Shown here: positions 52,078-62,259 of the stretch, piece by piece
How the letters are laid out: each line of letters opens with the position of its first letter
Position numbering within the stretch: position 1 is the stretch's first letter
NCBI GenBank assembly: GCA_965217715.1
Contig: OZ244563.1
Location: forward strand, 2,294,165 to 2,358,164
DNA: 64,000 nucleotides
Direction of reading: 5' to 3'
Origin: Candidatus Poribacteria bacterium
GTDB taxonomy: Bacteria > Poribacteria > WGA-4E > WGA-3G
Translations under genes and position numbers: made by a program
Notes under the pieces: model-generated
What the model was told of the DNA's origin: nothing
The model's input: only the letters and a program-made list of their open reading frames with translations
Databases searched by the model: none

Positions 52078-52088
52078 AGACTCTAACT

Positions 52089-54431
52089 ATGAAAAATATA
52101 ATACGAAACATATTCTTATGTCTAATTTTGCTTAATGTTACATGGATGGTAAGTGCAGATGAAAATGCACTCAAAGATCCGGATGGTTCATGGAAATGGA
52201 CTAATCGTCTTGTCCATGAAACAAGCCCTTATTTACTGCTCCACGCACATAATCCTGTTGAATGGTATCCTTGGGACGATGAGGCATTAGAACGCGCGAA
52301 GAAAGAGAATAAACCTATTTTCCTTTCCGTCGGTTATTCCACGTGTTATTGGTGTCACGTAATGGAACGTGAGGTCTTCTCAAACCCAGAAATCGCTGAT
52401 CAGATGAACAAGAACTTTATCAATATCAAGATTGATAGAGAGGAACGACCCGACTTAGACGAAATCTATATGACCGCAACGCAGATATTGATGCAACGTG
52501 GTGGCTGGCCAAACTCCGTCTTTCTTACGCCAGATTTAAAACCCTTCTTTGCCGGCACCTATTTTCCTCCGACAGATATGCCGAACAGACCTGGTTTCCC
52601 AACGATTTTGACCGCAGTGCATGAAGCATGGGTAACGCGAGAAGCGGAAGTAATTGACTCTGCGAATCGGATTACACAGGTTATTGAACGCGCAATAAGC
52701 ACAGGATTTTCTGCTCTCACTGCTAAATCTTTTGATCGTTCCCTTATTTCTGCCGCCGTAGTGCACTTAAAAACTAACTACAAACACGCTTACGGTGGAT
52801 TTAGTGGCGCGCCCAAATTTCCAAGTCCTGCAAATCTGGAGTTCCTTTTGAGAGAATATGAAAGGCAGTCAAGGTTACAAACTCCTCCTATAGATAATGA
52901 ATCGCTCTTAAAGATGGTGACACATACCTTAGATAATATGGCTTACGGCGGGATTTATGACCAAATCGGCGGCGGATTTCATAGATATTCAGTTGACGCA
53001 AAGTGGCTTGTCCCTCACTTTGAAAAGATGCTTTATGACAATGCACAATTGGCAAAAATATATCTTCAGGCGTATCAATTAACGAAAAAACCGCAGTACC
53101 GACGCGTTGCTGAGGAGATATTCAGTTTTATTTTTCGTGAGATGACAGCACCTGAAGGTGGATTCTATTCAGCATTAGATGCTGAAACGGACGCTGAGGA
53201 AGGGAAGTATTATGTTTGGACAGCAGATGAAATTAAGAACGCTCTCCCACAAAAAGATGTTGAGCAGTTCACTTCTGTTTACGGTGTGGATAAGGGAGCT
53301 AATTTTGAAGGCAAAATTATTCTGTACATTCCAAGTGGTACAGAAGTGGAAACGTCTTTAAAGTCCTTAAAATCTGCGCGAGAAACGCTTTTAGCAGCTC
53401 GATCTGAACGTGAACGTCCACTGCTTGATACGAAGGTTATTGTGAGTTGGAACGGTTTGATGATAGATGCGCTTGCCTACGGATATGAAGTGCTTGGTGA
53501 GGAAAAGTATCTTAATGCTGCATCAAAAGCCGCGCAGTTTATTCTTGACAACCTAAGAAAACCGAACGGCGAATTGTGGCACACATATACCGCTGGTGTT
53601 GCGAAATATGATGGTTATCTTGATGATTATGCCTTTTTCGTGCGTGGTTTGCTCGGATTGTATAGTGCTACTGGGGAGGAACGTTGGTTGCGTTCCGCGA
53701 CAACCCTTACCGACAAGATGATTCAACTCTTTTGGGACGACAAAAATGGTGGGTTCTATTTCACAAAGGCAGAGGCAAAACAGTTGATTGTCCGTACCAA
53801 AAAACCTTATGATTCCGCAATTCCTTCCGGCAACGCTGTGGTAGTCAATAACCTCATAATGCTTGATGCAAGTTATCGGAATTTTGCTAAGAAAACGCTT
53901 CTAAGTTTTGCGCAAGCGACAAAGAAATCTCCCTCGTCCTTCATGCACATGCTTTATGCACTCAACGGTTACTTAAGCTTAGGCGAGAATCGTAATGCGT
54001 CAATACAACCAACCAAACAGGAACTTGATGAGTCGACGCAATCACTTGTAACAGCAACAGCAAAAGTAAAAACGCCTACTAAAGACAGGCAAATTGACGT
54101 GGAAGTTGAGGTGAAAATTGCAAAAGGTTGGCATATTAACGCAAATCCCGCAGGTCAAGATAACTTAATCCCAACAACTATCACTGTCGCAGAAGATACT
54201 CCATTTGAGATCGTTGATGTCAATTATCCGAAAGGCAAATCCGTGCAGTTTGCGTTTAGCACAGAATCCTTGAATATTTATGAGAAAACGCTTACGATAC
54301 CGCTGAAGCTGAAACCGAATACAACCATCAAGAAAAACACACCGATCACCTTAAAGTTCAACTACCAACTGTGTAATGACAATGAATGTTTGTTGCCACA
54401 GACATTGGATATTCCGTTGAAATTACAGTAA
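52089..54431 (+). CDS. DUF255/YyaL thioredoxin-domain protein with a C-terminal DsbD-N-like domain
   Basis: [44 protein letters not shown]; signal peptide. Confidence 0.92.
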   Translation: MKNIIRNIFLCLILLNVTWMVSADENALKDPDGSWKWTNRLVHETSPYLLLHAHNPVEWYPWDDEALERAKKENKPIFLSVGYSTCYWCHVMEREVFSNPEIADQMNKNFINIKIDREERPDLDEIYMTATQILMQRGGWPNSVFLTPDLKPFFAGTYFPPTDMPNRPGFPTILTAVHEAWVTREAEVIDSANRITQVIERAISTGFSALTAKSFDRSLISAAVVHLKTNYKHAYGGFSGAPKFPSPANLEFLLREYERQSRLQTPPIDNESLLKMVTHTLDNMAYGGIYDQIGGGFHRYSVDAKWLVPHFEKMLYDNAQLAKIYLQAYQLTKKPQYRRVAEEIFSFIFREMTAPEGGFYSALDAETDAEEGKYYVWTADEIKNALPQKDVEQFTSVYGVDKGANFEGKIILYIPSGTEVETSLKSLKSARETLLAARSERERPLLDTKVIVSWNGLMIDALAYGYEVLGEEKYLNAASKAAQFILDNLRKPNGELWHTYTAGVAKYDGYLDDYAFFVRGLLGLYSATGEERWLRSATTLTDKMIQLFWDDKNGGFYFTKAEAKQLIVRTKKPYDSAIPSGNAVVVNNLIMLDASYRNFAKKTLLSFAQATKKSPSSFMHMLYALNGYLSLGENRNASIQPTKQELDESTQSLVTATAKVKTPTKDRQIDVEVEVKIAKGWHINANPAGQDNLIPTTITVAEDTPFEIVDVNYPKGKSVQFAFSTESLNIYEKTLTIPLKLKPNTTIKKNTPITLKFNYQLCNDNECLLPQTLDIPLKLQ

Positions 54432-54458
54432 GTGCAAAACATCTTCCGATTACATGCG

Positions 54459-55649
54459 CTACAACTCATCTATATGCGTCCGAATTTTCTGGAACGCATC
54501 CAAAATCAGTTGCATATCGTCTGTGTCGCCTAAAAACATAGCATGCCCGAAGCTGCAGACCTCTTCCTGATACACCCGTTCCGCTTCCGGACAGTGAACC
54601 TTGCTGTAATCAATAGCGTGGTCACCAAGGTGTTCACGAGGCAATCCGAGTTGGTCAAACAACGCTGGATTACTAAAAGGACCTTCGTTATAGATAGGTT
54701 GTCCGTGAGCACCGACTCCGCACGGAACACCCTCTGCGCCAAGTGCTTCTAAAAACCTGCCGCGTGAGATGCCACCGAATTCCTCAGAGACGAATCGGAA
54801 ATCCCAATAGTAGAAACACCATCGTGTGACCCGTTCATCGCGTGGAATCGGATGAATTCCCTCTATCGCATCCATACCCTTCATAAGGTATGCAATATTC
54901 CGTTCGCGCGTTTCTACCTGTTCATCAAACCTTTCAAGTTGAGATAGTAAGAGCGCAGCTTGAAGGTTAGTCATCCGCATGTTCAAATTTGCGACTTGAC
55001 CCGCGCTGTTTGCGAGTCCTTCGTCGTTTGTTATTACCATTCCACCTTCACCGCACGTCAGCGTTTTGCCTATCTGAAAACTAAACGTGCCGAGATGTCC
55101 AATTGAACCCATCCCTTTTCCGCGCCATTGTGAACCGTGTGCATGCGCGCAATCTTCAATCACCTTAAGATTATGTCTTTTGGCAATATTCATAATTGCA
55201 TCCATATCGGCAGGATACCCACCGTTATGCACCGGAATAATTGCTCGAGTTCGCGGGGTAATCGCCGCCTCAATTGCATCGGGTGCGATGTTATAGGTGA
55301 GTGGGTCTATGTCAGCGATAACCGGCACAGCGTTGACACACACAACCGATGTCCCAGTTGCCACAAATGTGAGTGCTGGAACGATAACCTCATCACCAGC
55401 AGTGACTCCAGCAGCCTTCAACGCACATTGCAACGCCACAGTCCCGTTTGCAAGCGGGATACCGTATTTGGCATCCTGATACGCGGCAAATTTTTCACCG
55501 ACTTCATCAACTTTTTCGCGCCTGTTCCAAGCACCGCTGCGCAAGACTTCTAACAGCGCATTTTCTTCTGTTTCATCAAAGATAGGCCAGCTTTTACCTA
55601 AACCGTGTTTGACAACAAGTTCACCGCCATTTATTGCTAACTTTGCCAT
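54459..55649 (-). CDS. DegT/DnrJ/EryC1/StrS family PLP-dependent aminotransferase
   Basis: NGT.AL, EDCAHAHG, FSFQIGKTLTCGEGG. Confidence 0.92.
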   Translation of the reverse strand: MAKLAINGGELVVKHGLGKSWPIFDETEENALLEVLRSGAWNRREKVDEVGEKFAAYQDAKYGIPLANGTVALQCALKAAGVTAGDEVIVPALTFVATGTSVVCVNAVPVIADIDPLTYNIAPDAIEAAITPRTRAIIPVHNGGYPADMDAIMNIAKRHNLKVIEDCAHAHGSQWRGKGMGSIGHLGTFSFQIGKTLTCGEGGMVITNDEGLANSAGQVANLNMRMTNLQAALLLSQLERFDEQVETRERNIAYLMKGMDAIEGIHPIPRDERVTRWCFYYWDFRFVSEEFGGISRGRFLEALGAEGVPCGVGAHGQPIYNEGPFSNPALFDQLGLPREHLGDHAIDYSKVHCPEAERVYQEEVCSFGHAMFLGDTDDMQLILDAFQKIRTHIDEL

Positions 55650-55716
55650 TCTCATACCTCAACTTTTACTTCAAAGTTTAGAAAGTTCCAGTTACAATTT
55701 TAACTGGACATTCTGA

Positions 55717-57369
55717 TTAACGATCAACTTCAATACCTTTTTCCAAATTATTTATCCGTTCGCGAAATCTATGTATCGGTGTCATATCCTGAATCGGGTT
55801 TTTCGCAACGTAGATTTGCCTAAGATTATCTAAGTTCTCAACAACACTCACGTTGCGAATCTTATTATGCTCAACTTCTAAGCGCGTCAACTCCTTCACC
55901 GTTGTAAGTGGTGTGATGTCCACAATTTGATTATGATTAAGTTCCAAACGTGTCAATTGGGTCAATGATAAGAGCGACGTGATGTCCACAATTTGATTAT
56001 TGCTAAGACCTAACGACGTTAGTTGTGTCATCTCTGATAGTGGTTTGATATCGGTTATTTTATTTTGCCCAAGCCTTAACTCAACCAACTGCGTTAATCC
56101 TGCAAGCGGTGTGATGTCACTAATTTGGTTACTATCAAGCCATAACTGTCCCTGCTTTGTCAATTCCTTAAGTGGTGTAATATCGTTAATTTGATTTTTG
56201 CTGAGTCCTAAATGGGTAAGCTTCTTCAATCCCGCAATCGGCGCAATATCACTAATCTGACAATTATTCAGATATAATGCACTCAGCTGCGTTAGTCCTT
56301 TGAGTGGTGTGATGTCCCTGATTTTATTCTTATCTAACACTAAAGAGCTAAGTTTTGTCAACCCAGCGACAGGTGTAATGTCGGTAATTTGATTACTATC
56401 AAGTAACAAAGAACTTAGATTTGTCAACTCCGAAACAGGTGTGATGTCGCTGATTTTATTCACACTCAAATCTAAGTAGGTCAACTTAGTCAAGTCAGCA
56501 AGAGGGGTTATGTCTGTAATGTTATTAATTCGGAGTACTAACTGCGTAAGCTTCGTTAATTTTGCGAGTGATTGTATATTGCTAATCTGATTGCTCCCAA
56601 TATCTAATTCTGAAAGTTCTGTTAAATCAGCGATTGATCTGATGTCCGTAATTTGATTATCACTAAGCGCTAACTTTGTAACTTCTGTTAGGTTTGCAAT
56701 TGGTTCAATGTCCGTAATTCGATTATGATTTAGCATTAACCAAGTAAGTTGTGTCAATGTTGAGATCGGTTTGATGTCACTAATGCCATTAGAATCAAGT
56801 TGTAAATTCTTGAGCTGCGTCAATTCTGTAAATGGTGTAATGTCACTGATTTCAATTCCGTTAAGGCGTAAGTCCGTAAGTTGTGTCAATCCTGTGATTG
56901 GGGTGATGTCGTGGATGCGATTATCATCAAGACTCAGTTTCGTAAGTTGTGCCAACTCAGAAAGGGGGGCGATGTCGTAGATTTGATTTCTGTCAAGCGC
57001 TAAGTCTGTAAGTTTTGTCAATCCGATGAGGGGTGTGATATCCACAATTTGATTACGACGCAGACCTAACGTGGTTAGATTTGTCAAACCGGCGAGCGGT
57101 GTGATGTCCACAATTTGATTATAGTTGAGCGACAAACTTGTCAAACCCGTCATTTTTTCGATACCTGTCAAATCGCTGATACCTTTAGTCCATGTAGACA
57201 ACGTTTCTAACGTTTCTAACTTCTTTTGCGTGATAGGTGCATCAGGCGATAAACCTAACGCCTCCCGCACCGCAGCCTCTAAGTTTGGATCAGGAATCTC
57301 TACCGGTTCTGGTGGTGAACAACTGGCAAATACAATGAGAAACAGAAAAGGCAGGCAAATATGTTTCAA
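55717..57369 (-). CDS. Internalin-type leucine-rich repeat lipoprotein
   Basis: Lipobox FASC, IPDPNL cap, many 22-aa LxxLxLxxNxIxDIxPL repeats; TTG start. Confidence 0.93.
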   Translation of the reverse strand: MKHICLPFLFLIVFASCSPPEPVEIPDPNLEAAVREALGLSPDAPITQKKLETLETLSTWTKGISDLTGIEKMTGLTSLSLNYNQIVDITPLAGLTNLTTLGLRRNQIVDITPLIGLTKLTDLALDRNQIYDIAPLSELAQLTKLSLDDNRIHDITPITGLTQLTDLRLNGIEISDITPFTELTQLKNLQLDSNGISDIKPISTLTQLTWLMLNHNRITDIEPIANLTEVTKLALSDNQITDIRSIADLTELSELDIGSNQISNIQSLAKLTKLTQLVLRINNITDITPLADLTKLTYLDLSVNKISDITPVSELTNLSSLLLDSNQITDITPVAGLTKLSSLVLDKNKIRDITPLKGLTQLSALYLNNCQISDIAPIAGLKKLTHLGLSKNQINDITPLKELTKQGQLWLDSNQISDITPLAGLTQLVELRLGQNKITDIKPLSEMTQLTSLGLSNNQIVDITSLLSLTQLTRLELNHNQIVDITPLTTVKELTRLEVEHNKIRNVSVVENLDNLRQIYVAKNPIQDMTPIHRFRERINNLEKGIEVDR

Positions 57370-57396
57370 AATGTTATGCTCCTTTTAATGTCAAGT

Positions 57397-59799
57397 TTAG
57401 GGATCAACCTCAATGTCCACATACAAATCAGAAATTTCTTTGCGAAGTCTGTGAATCGGCGACAAATCTTGAATTGGGTTGTTCTTAATATGTAGAACTC
57501 TTAAATACTTCAACTTTTCAATAGTGCTAATATCCTCAATTTGGTTATCCGACAAAAATAACCTTCTTAAGTTTGTCAATTCTGCAAGCGGTGTGATGTC
57601 ACGGATTTGATTTTTGGTTAGTTCTAAGCTTGTGAGTTGTGTCAACTCTGTAAGTGGGGTAATATCACTAACCTCACTGTCCTCAAGCGATAATTGCGTA
57701 AGGTGTGGAAATCCGGTAAGAAGTGAAACAAGGTCATTTAAATCACGAAGGTTTTTACCACCAAAACCTAACCATGTCAATCTTGTTAAACTCACAAGTG
57801 GTGAGAGATCGTTAATTTGATTACCACCAAGCGACAATGACGTAAGTCGTGTTAATTCAGCAAGAGGTGTGATGTCCCTAATTTGATTTCTGCTTAGATT
57901 CAAACCTGTCAGTTGTCTTAATTCAATAAACTGCTGCGTATCGCTAATTTGATTACCGCTAAGATGCAAGATCGTAAGATTTGTAAGTTCAGTAAGGGGT
58001 GTAATGTCTTGAATTTGATTATCGTCAATGAGTAATCGTCTAAGTGATTTTATAGTTGCAATATTCGTAAGATCACTAATCTGATTTCCTCTTATCCATA
58101 GCGTATTAAGTTGTGATAATTTTTCAAGTGGAGGCACATTAGTTATTTTATTATTTTCAAGCCTTAAAGAATGAAGCTGTGTTAATTCAGTTATCTGGGT
58201 AATAACACTAATTTGATTTTTATTCATTTGTAGGTAACTGAGCTGCTTCATATTTTGGATTGGTGTAATATCACTAATTTGGTTTTCATCAAGCCATAAT
58301 GATCGAAGGTTTCTCAAGTTCTTGATAGGTGTGATGTCGGTAATTTCATTACTGTTAAGATATAGCCAGGTTAATTGCGTTAATTCTGCAATGGATGCTA
58401 TGTCGGCAATTTGATTGTTCATGAGATACAGCTCAGTTAGCAGTGTTAATCCAGCGAGTGGTGCAACATTGCAGATCTTATTATTCGTAAGATCTAACGT
58501 TTTTAGTTGTGTCAAATTAGCAAGCGGTTCGATATCGCTAATCTCATTATTTCTGAGATCTAACGTTTTTAGTTGTGTCAAATTAGCAAGCGGTTCGATA
58601 TCACTAATCTCATTATTTCTGAGATCTAAAGTTTTTAGTCGTGTTAATTTTCCAAGTGGTGTGATGTCACTAATTTTATTATCATTTAGGGATAGTGATG
58701 TAAGGTAAGGCAAACCTTCAAACAACGAAACAAAAGGTGTCAAATCTCGAATCTCAGTCTCTCTAAGTGCAAAGTACGAAAGTCGCTTTAATCCACTAAT
58801 AACTCCAAAGTCTTTGATTTGGTTTCCTCCAAGCGATAAATTCCTAAGCTGAGTCAATTCAGATAAAGGTGAGATATCGCCAATCTGATTGCTGCCAAGA
58901 TATAAGCTCATCAGTTGTTTCATCTCCGCAAATGGTGTGATGTCCCGGATTTCATTATTACCAATAGATAAGGTGTGCAGTTGCGGCAAATTTACTACCG
59001 GTGTAAGGTCTATTATTTTATTATTCCATAAAGATAAACTTTCCAATTGTACAAGTCCTACCAAAGGTGTGATGTCTTGGATTCTATTTCTTATAAGGGT
59101 TAAATCTGTAAGTTGTTTCAATCCTCTGAGCGGGGTGACATCACTAATTTTATTTCCCTCGAGATTTAGGGTGTCAAGTTGTATTAACCCAGACAAAGGT
59201 GTAATATTGCTAATTTCATTATACCTGAGATTTAATTCCTTGAGTTGTATTAATCCTGTGAGCGGCGCAATATCACGTATTTTGTTGCTATTAATTTCTA
59301 ATTTCCTCAGTTGTGTTAACTCCTTGAGAGGTGTTATATCTTTAATACGATTTTCATATAGCGTTAACTCCCTAAGTTGTGATAATCCTTCAAGTGGCGT
59401 AAGATCACTGATTTGATTGTTATCAAGTGATAACCTACTGAGTTGTGTTAATCCAGAAATGGGTGTGAGGTCCATAATTTGATTAGAATTTAGGTGTAAA
59501 GTCGCCAGATTTCTTAATCCTGCAAGAGGTGTGATATCTGCAATTTGACCACCAATAAGTGATAAACTTGTTAAACCCGTCATTTTTTCTATACCTGTCA
59601 AATCGCTGATGCCTTCAGTCCATGTAGACAACGTTTCTAATTTTTCTAACTTCTTTTGTGTGATAGGTTCATCAGGAGATAACACTAATGCCTCCCGAAC
59701 AGCAGCAGCTAAATTCTGATCGGGAAACTCTACAGGTTCCGGTGGTGAACAACTGACAAATACAATGAGAAACAGAAAAGGCAGGCAAATTTGTTTCAT
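57397..59799 (-). CDS. Internalin-type leucine-rich repeat lipoprotein (longer paralog)
   Basis: Lipobox FVSC, FPDQNL cap, about 30 LRRs; near-exact 66-bp tandem repeat at 58490-58638. Confidence 0.93.
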   Translation of the reverse strand: MKQICLPFLFLIVFVSCSPPEPVEFPDQNLAAAVREALVLSPDEPITQKKLEKLETLSTWTEGISDLTGIEKMTGLTSLSLIGGQIADITPLAGLRNLATLHLNSNQIMDLTPISGLTQLSRLSLDNNQISDLTPLEGLSQLRELTLYENRIKDITPLKELTQLRKLEINSNKIRDIAPLTGLIQLKELNLRYNEISNITPLSGLIQLDTLNLEGNKISDVTPLRGLKQLTDLTLIRNRIQDITPLVGLVQLESLSLWNNKIIDLTPVVNLPQLHTLSIGNNEIRDITPFAEMKQLMSLYLGSNQIGDISPLSELTQLRNLSLGGNQIKDFGVISGLKRLSYFALRETEIRDLTPFVSLFEGLPYLTSLSLNDNKISDITPLGKLTRLKTLDLRNNEISDIEPLANLTQLKTLDLRNNEISDIEPLANLTQLKTLDLTNNKICNVAPLAGLTLLTELYLMNNQIADIASIAELTQLTWLYLNSNEITDITPIKNLRNLRSLWLDENQISDITPIQNMKQLSYLQMNKNQISVITQITELTQLHSLRLENNKITNVPPLEKLSQLNTLWIRGNQISDLTNIATIKSLRRLLIDDNQIQDITPLTELTNLTILHLSGNQISDTQQFIELRQLTGLNLSRNQIRDITPLAELTRLTSLSLGGNQINDLSPLVSLTRLTWLGFGGKNLRDLNDLVSLLTGFPHLTQLSLEDSEVSDITPLTELTQLTSLELTKNQIRDITPLAELTNLRRLFLSDNQIEDISTIEKLKYLRVLHIKNNPIQDLSPIHRLRKEISDLYVDIEVDP

Positions 59800-59943
59800 G
59801 AGACAAAATTCTCCATCAAATTAGATTGGTTGCATTATAGCAGTATATTCAGATGCTGTCTATAATCTGATTTGATTATTTTCATTGTAGAACCGAATCC
59901 AATATCTCTTGCAGATTATATCAGAATCCGCTATAGTTGTGAT

Positions 59944-60855
59944 ATGACACCAACAAACCAAACACTCACAGCAATTGACGGAATACAGATAGGGCATGCT
60001 ACCGATGCAACTGCCCGAACAGGATGTACCGTAATCCTCTGTCCAGATGGAGCAACAGCAGGGATTGATGTGCGTGGTGCTGCTCCCGGCACACGAGAAA
60101 CAGAAGCGATTCGTCCCGGACGCTTAATCCAAAAAGCGCATGCAGTCCTATTAACAGGTGGCAGTACCTTCGGATTGGATGCGGCAGATGGTGTCGTCCA
60201 ATACCTTGAAGAAAAGGATGTAGGATTTCCAGCAGGTACTGTGCGTGTGCCGATTGTTCCCGCTGCTGTCATTTTTGACCTGCATGTTGGTGACCCAAAG
60301 GTACGTCCTGACAGAGAAATGGGGTATCAGGCATGTCTGAATGCTACAGATAAACCAGTAGCGATGGGTGCTGTTGGTGCGGGAATAGGGGCAACGGTTG
60401 GCAAGGCACCAGGTGTTACGCCTTCTCAAGGCGGTGTAGGTTCAGCGTGTAATCATCTTGATAACGGTTTAATCGTTGCTGCCCTTGTAGTTGTAAATGC
60501 GTTGGGGAACGTTGTGAATCCCACAACTGGAGAAATTATTGCAGGTGGAAAAGAAAACGGTAGTTTCGTGGACATCACAGAACGCCTATTAGATGCATGT
60601 ATCGTTCCCGGCACGAATACAACCATCGGTGTTGTTGCCACAAATGCCACGCTTTCTGTTGCTGAAGCAACACGGGTGGCAGAAATGGCACACGACGGTA
60701 TGGCGCGCGCAATACGTCCATCACACACTATGTTTGATGGTGATACACTTTTTACCCTTGCCACAGGTGCACATACCGGCAGCAGTGTAAATACTATCGG
60801 TATCCTCGCCGCAGAGGTAGTCGCTGAGGCAATTGTCGCTGCTGTAACCACCTAA
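59944..60855 (+). CDS. P1/S58 family peptidase (DmpA-like)
   Basis: GCTV, VRGAAPGTRET, LTGGS, TTIGVVATNA, DGDT. Confidence 0.9.
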   Translation: MTPTNQTLTAIDGIQIGHATDATARTGCTVILCPDGATAGIDVRGAAPGTRETEAIRPGRLIQKAHAVLLTGGSTFGLDAADGVVQYLEEKDVGFPAGTVRVPIVPAAVIFDLHVGDPKVRPDREMGYQACLNATDKPVAMGAVGAGIGATVGKAPGVTPSQGGVGSACNHLDNGLIVAALVVVNALGNVVNPTTGEIIAGGKENGSFVDITERLLDACIVPGTNTTIGVVATNATLSVAEATRVAEMAHDGMARAIRPSHTMFDGDTLFTLATGAHTGSSVNTIGILAAEVVAEAIVAAVTT

Positions 60856-62249
60856 ATCGGTTTGCCCTGCATTGCATCTGGTATATCAATACCGAATTCT
60901 TTTAGCACTGTGGGTGCGATGTCGTATATGCTTGTTGCGGGGACAAGTCCACGCGTTTGTCTGCCATCTTTGATTATAAACATGCCCATCTCAGCATGGT
61001 TACAATCGTCAGGCCCTGTGTCATTTTCGTAGGTATAAATGCTGTTGTATCCAACACTGCCCACCGAACGCCAAAAGAGGTTGCCGAAGTAAACAATAAG
61101 GTCAGGTGGAATGTTGCGGCACTCGCGATATACCTCCTCTGGCTTAAAAACGCGTGTATTGATGTTTTGTCCCGATTCATCTACGATTGCTTCAAGTTGC
61201 GTCTTCAACTCATCCCGAATACTTTCGTAATCTTGCGCCTTGACTATCCCGTTAGGTTCTCTTCCTTCAATATTTATGAAGATGCGGGCGTAATATCCGC
61301 CTTCACCCCACGCCTTTGTCTGCTGCCAATCCACCATGTCCGTAGTAAATCGGGTAATACCTTGCGGTTTAGTTTTTAGCGTCAGGTAACCGTGTTTCTG
61401 TAGCCATTTGTTGACACAGATACCGCCATCCATCCTTTTCGCCCCGTGGTCGGATACAACCATAACAGTGGTGTCATCATCAACACATGCCAACATCTGT
61501 CCCAGTTCTTCATCAAGTGTGCGATAGTAGTTTTGCATTGTATCAGCAAACGGTGAATTTAGTTCATACTTAGGATGCGTTTTATCCCAAAACCGCCAGA
61601 ATGCGTGATGCAGACGGTCAGAACCCATTTCCACCATCATAAAGAAATCCCATGCTTTTTTCTCAAGCAGATAACGTGCTAATTTGAATCGTGCGCGTGT
61701 CATTTTGAGGAGCTGCTGTTCCAACTCCGCCCGTTTATCAGTGCGAAAATTTGGAATATCAATCATGTAGTCGGGGGCAACTTGCGCGATTTCACGTGCA
61801 AGCCTCGGTGGAAATGTCCACTGTAGGTTAGATTTCGTCAACGGGGAATTGAGATCGCATGGAGTGAGAAAACTGGTAACCATCCACCCCGGAAACGGCT
61901 TGGCGGGGTAGGTGAGCGGCACGCCCAAAACAACAGAACGTTTTTGCTCCAACCCAAGTAAGTCCCAGAGTGGCGGCACTTGCACAACGTGCGCGTTGGC
62001 AATGGTCAGCGCATCATAGGAATAATCCGAACGGTTACGAAAGCCGTAGATACCGAGTTCGCCCGGATCTCGACTTGTCATCATGCACATCCACGCTGGT
62101 ACCGTAATAGGTGGTATTGTGCTTTCTAATTGCCCATAGATACCCTCTCGCATCAAGCGGTGTGTATTGGGCATGTCATCTTTGAATGCCTCAAAGACCA
62201 ATTCAGGTGCTGCACAATCCCAACCGATAACAAGGACCCGCTTTTTCAT
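60852..62249 (-). CDS. Alkaline phosphatase superfamily / type I phosphodiesterase
   Basis: VIGWDCA, STIPPITVPAW, DRLHH, VSDHG, DDCNH; start MKKRVL. Confidence 0.9.
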   Translation of the reverse strand: MKKRVLVIGWDCAAPELVFEAFKDDMPNTHRLMREGIYGQLESTIPPITVPAWMCMMTSRDPGELGIYGFRNRSDYSYDALTIANAHVVQVPPLWDLLGLEQKRSVVLGVPLTYPAKPFPGWMVTSFLTPCDLNSPLTKSNLQWTFPPRLAREIAQVAPDYMIDIPNFRTDKRAELEQQLLKMTRARFKLARYLLEKKAWDFFMMVEMGSDRLHHAFWRFWDKTHPKYELNSPFADTMQNYYRTLDEELGQMLACVDDDTTVMVVSDHGAKRMDGGICVNKWLQKHGYLTLKTKPQGITRFTTDMVDWQQTKAWGEGGYYARIFINIEGREPNGIVKAQDYESIRDELKTQLEAIVDESGQNINTRVFKPEEVYRECRNIPPDLIVYFGNLFWRSVGSVGYNSIYTYENDTGPDDCNHAEMGMFIIKDGRQTRGLVPATSIYDIAPTVLKEFGIDIPDAMQGKPI

Positions 62250-62259
62250 GCTTTTTCCT

